From Selaginella moellendorffii (Eukaryota > Plantae > Lycopodiophyta), in contig NW_003314394.1 of assembly GCF_000143415.4 (NCBI RefSeq), positions 37,694 to 101,693 on the forward strand: a DNA stretch of 64,000 nucleotides. Direction: 5' to 3'. The translations under genes were made by a program, and so were the position numbers. Positions 60,901-64,000 of this stretch are shown one piece after another. Position 1 is the stretch's first letter, and the number at the start of each line of letters is the position of its first letter. The notes beneath the pieces were generated by a model. That model was not told the DNA's origin and searched no databases. It saw only the letters and a list, made by a program, of their open reading frames with translations.

Positions 60901-61261
60901 AGTTTGCATCCTCAATAGGCATTAGGCTCATTGGGCACAATCACTTTCCCGTTTCCGGTTTTTGATTATGCATCGTCCGGGAAAAGCCAATGGTAAGGCT
61001 GATGCTCTCACTCAACATAGGTATCTTACTCCATCTCTGAGGGAACCTGCTTTTGAGATGCAACAACAAATCCTTCTTGATTCTTCTCGCTTCCAAATCA
61101 GCTCCATTGCTCAATTTTTTTCTCCTCTTGATCTTTCTCTCAAATCCCAAATCCAAGTGGCTCAGGCAACTGATCTGTTTGTTCATGATGCTTGCCAATC
61201 CATTTCTCCTAGTCCTCCTCCAGCTCAGCATAGCAATTTCCGATTCCTTCAGTTTTGGAAT
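57985..61261 (+). mobile_element. Chromovirus-like (Tcn1/sushi-type) gypsy element, rearranged, running into the gap
   Basis: gag EPKIGMLAKFDGTWSEFRGFLNQV...LLTGTPLSWF; [41 protein letters not shown]; RNase H YSDHKNLQYW, HRPGKANGKADALT. Zinc knuckle and protease N-half lie on the minus strand (58650-59210). Confidence 0.92.
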
Positions 61262-62107
61262 NNNNNNNNNNNNNNNNNNNNNNNNNNNNNNNNNNNNNNN
61301 NNNNNNNNNNNNNNNNNNNNNNNNNNNNNNNNNNNNNNNNNNNNNNNNNNNNNNNNNNNNNNNNNNNNNNNNNNNNNNNNNNNNNNNNNNNNNNNNNNNN
61401 NNNNNNNNNNNNNNNNNNNNNNNNNNNNNNNNNNNNNNNNNNNNNNNNNNNNNNNNNNNNNNNNNNNNNNNNNNNNNNNNNNNNNNNNNNNNNNNNNNNN
61501 NNNNNNNNNNNNNNNNNNNNNNNNNNNNNNNNNNNNNNNNNNNNNNNNNNNNNNNNNNNNNNNNNNNNNNNNNNNNNNNNNNNNNNNNNNNNNNNNNNNN
61601 NNNNNNNNNNNNNNNNNNNNNNNNNNNNNNNNNNNNNNNNNNNNNNNNNNNNNNNNNNNNNNNNNNNNNNNNNNNNNNNNNNNNNNNNNNNNNNNNNNNN
61701 NNNNNNNNNNNNNNNNNNNNNNNNNNNNNNNNNNNNNNNNNNNNNNNNNNNNNNNNNNNNNNNNNNNNNNNNNNNNNNNNNNNNNNNNNNNNNNNNNNNN
61801 NNNNNNNNNNNNNNNNNNNNNNNNNNNNNNNNNNNNNNNNNNNNNNNNNNNNNNNNNNNNNNNNNNNNNNNNNNNNNNNNNNNNNNNNNNNNNNNNNNNN
61901 NNNNNNNNNNNNNNNNNNNNNNNNNNNNNNNNNNNNNNNNNNNNNNNNNNNNNNNNNNNNNNNNNNNNNNNNNNNNNNNNNNNNNNNNNNNNNNNNNNNN
62001 NNNNNNNNNNNNNNNNNNNNNNNNNNNNNNNNNNNNNNNNNNNNNNNNNNNNNNNNNNNNNNNNNNNNNNNNNNNNNNNNNNNNNNNNNNNNNNNNNNNN
62101 NNNNNNN
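61262..62107. other. Assembly gap (846 N)
   Basis: Run of n characters. Confidence 1.
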
Positions 62108-64000
62108 TGGAGAAGAGGAAAAAAATTAAGCTTGGAAGTTCAAGCTTAGGAACACAAACTTGAGAGGTTCAAGGTTAGGATTGTATTCCTAACCCAATAG
62201 CAACTATAAAAGTAGGACTTAGAATGTTTTTAGACTTATCCCTAATACAAAATACATTGCAATACATCGTTATTCTACTTATCTCTTTGGCTCTTCACAG
62301 CAATGTTTTACTTACCCACCGCCTTCAAGGGATCAAAGGCGTGGGACTAGCACCTTCAAGCTCGTGTTCACAGTCTCTACTTGGTTTGGCATAGGTAGGT
62401 AAGTGCATTCTTCTTGTAGTGTAGTTTTAGATCTAGGGACTAGATTAGAATTGAAACTTCTAGGAAGATCTCGTGTGGACGTTTCCCTCCCAGTTTAGAG
62501 ATTCTAGGAATTTTCACTGGCGACCACTGTGGGATAAGGCGACGTGAAGAGTTCGTGGGATAGAGCAAACCAAGATAATCATTTCCCCCAAAACTTCAAG
62601 GAAAACAGACTAAAGATGCACAAGAAAATGGCATAGGAAGAAAAAGACCAAAAAATCAAGAAAAACAAGACCGTAAAACAAAAACGGTGGAAGAGCATGA
62701 AAGAATGAAGAAAAAAATGGAGCGTAAGACCAAAAGATGAAGAACACTTGAAGATTGAAGCCACCCAAGTCATGGAAAACTTGGAGCGTACGCGTAATTG
62801 TTTTTGGCGAGAGGTTGAAGAAAGTGAATATTCCAAGAATCTGCGATAAGGAAACGACCAAGGAAAAATTCTAGTGGCTAGAGATGGAGAAAGAATGAAA
62901 AAGCATGACTGCCCATTTGGAGACACAAGCTGTACAAGATACAAGGATTGTCTTTTGTGTGGTTTCAGAAATTGTGCAAAACCATACAAGCAATGCTATC
63001 CAAAATGGCGATGCGACACTTGCAAGTAAGGAAAAGCAAGACTCTGAATCAGGGATGAAAATGCCACAGCGGAGGAGAGAAGGAAACGAGAAGAAATAGC
63101 CCAAGAAAACGACACTAAAAAGAGAGATGATAGTTTAGAACAAGCAGTGAAACAAAGCTTCAGTTGCTTACAAAAACTTCAAGAAACAATTTTGCAACTT
63201 TTTTACAAATTGTCTAGCAAATAAGAAGAATGCAAAAATGAGGAAATGTTGAAAGAAAAATATGTTTACTTCGATTTTTTTGCAACTTGAAGAACCCTGA
63301 CTTGGCTGTATCGTGGATACCTCTTTCAACAAACAATTGTTGAATTCCTAGGCATACACAAACATGAAAATTTTCAACCATTAACACTTGCTTTCAACAT
63401 TGATTTGATGAGAGTCATAGCAGCAACAGAGTGTAGAACTTTTGAACCACAAGTTTGTTGGTTTGTGGACACTCTTAGATTTAGAGATTTTGAAAAGAAT
63501 GTGGAATTATTTTACCAACTTCTTCAAAGTCCTCTTCGTGTAATGCTACCAACAAGCACTATAGCATATTGGCGCCATTTAAGACGGACGAGAATAACTG
63601 AAGAATTAAGAAATCAAGGACAAGGCCATTAACAAATTCAAATTTGGAATTCGAGTTTAAGAAACTGACAGGAACCTAAACTTGAGTCAAGTTCAAGGGA
63701 ACGACTTGAAAACTCAAGGATAACAAGTCGAAAGAGGAGAAATTTAAGACAGAATCACAATGGGCCAAGATTAAATACAGTAACAAACTTCAACTTTAAC
63801 ACTGAGCTCCAACATCGAAACCCCAGCCTAGAGCTACATATCACTCGCAACCAACAAGGAAGAGTGCGTCCAAGCAAATCTCAACATTTTAAGGAGTATT
63901 TTAGGAGATCCTACGTAAAGATTTCAAACGTATAATGCAAGAGTATTGATTGAGACTATCCCTTGGGAAGTTTGTGAATGATCGACTCTGATCGTGAAAG
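62108..64000 (+). mobile_element. 5' LTR end, tRNA-Arg PBS and leader of another Tat-like gypsy element
   Basis: TATAAAA near 62206; LTR ends ...TTTTCA at 62516; PBS TGGCGACCACTGTGGGA at 62518-62534, same type as 35278-35294; long leader with decayed protein-like frames. Confidence 0.75.

Noticed and set aside
60962-62163. Long ORFs of 302-395 aa
   Set aside because: Artefacts of reading through the N gap.

Overview
Repeat-rich eukaryotic nuclear DNA from a land plant. Very short (~45-60 nt) GT-AG introns and a PLS-type PPR fragment suggest a compact-intron seed-free plant such as the lycophyte Selaginella (inference only). Most of the window is decayed transposable elements: several Ty3/gypsy remnants (two with tRNA-Arg primer sites), a copia remnant, a CACTA transposase fragment and a pogo-like DNA transposon. 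It also holds pseudogenes (SAM methyltransferase, P450, dirigent/AOC-fold, PPR, ankyrin) and an 846-nt assembly gap. Two features stand out. (1) A ~9.3 kb L1-type LINE (ORF1 plus APE-RT-zinc-finger ORF2) is inserted antisense into a 25S/28S rRNA gene copy, with a 17-bp target-site duplication, about 150 nt from the animal R2 site; it is a candidate plant rDNA-targeting retrotransposon. (2) An apparently intact two-exon gene (26390-27325) encodes a ~291-aa protein with CAE...PRCxxC zinc-deaminase motifs resembling bacterial YwqJ-type toxin deaminases. Other apparently intact small genes are a 12-Cys defensin-like peptide and a head-to-head pair of secreted glycine-rich proteins sharing a palindromic, W-box-rich promoter. 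A decayed tRNA gene cluster (Asp, Gly, Trp, Asp) lies next to the rDNA fragment. All calls were made by eye; no searches were run.
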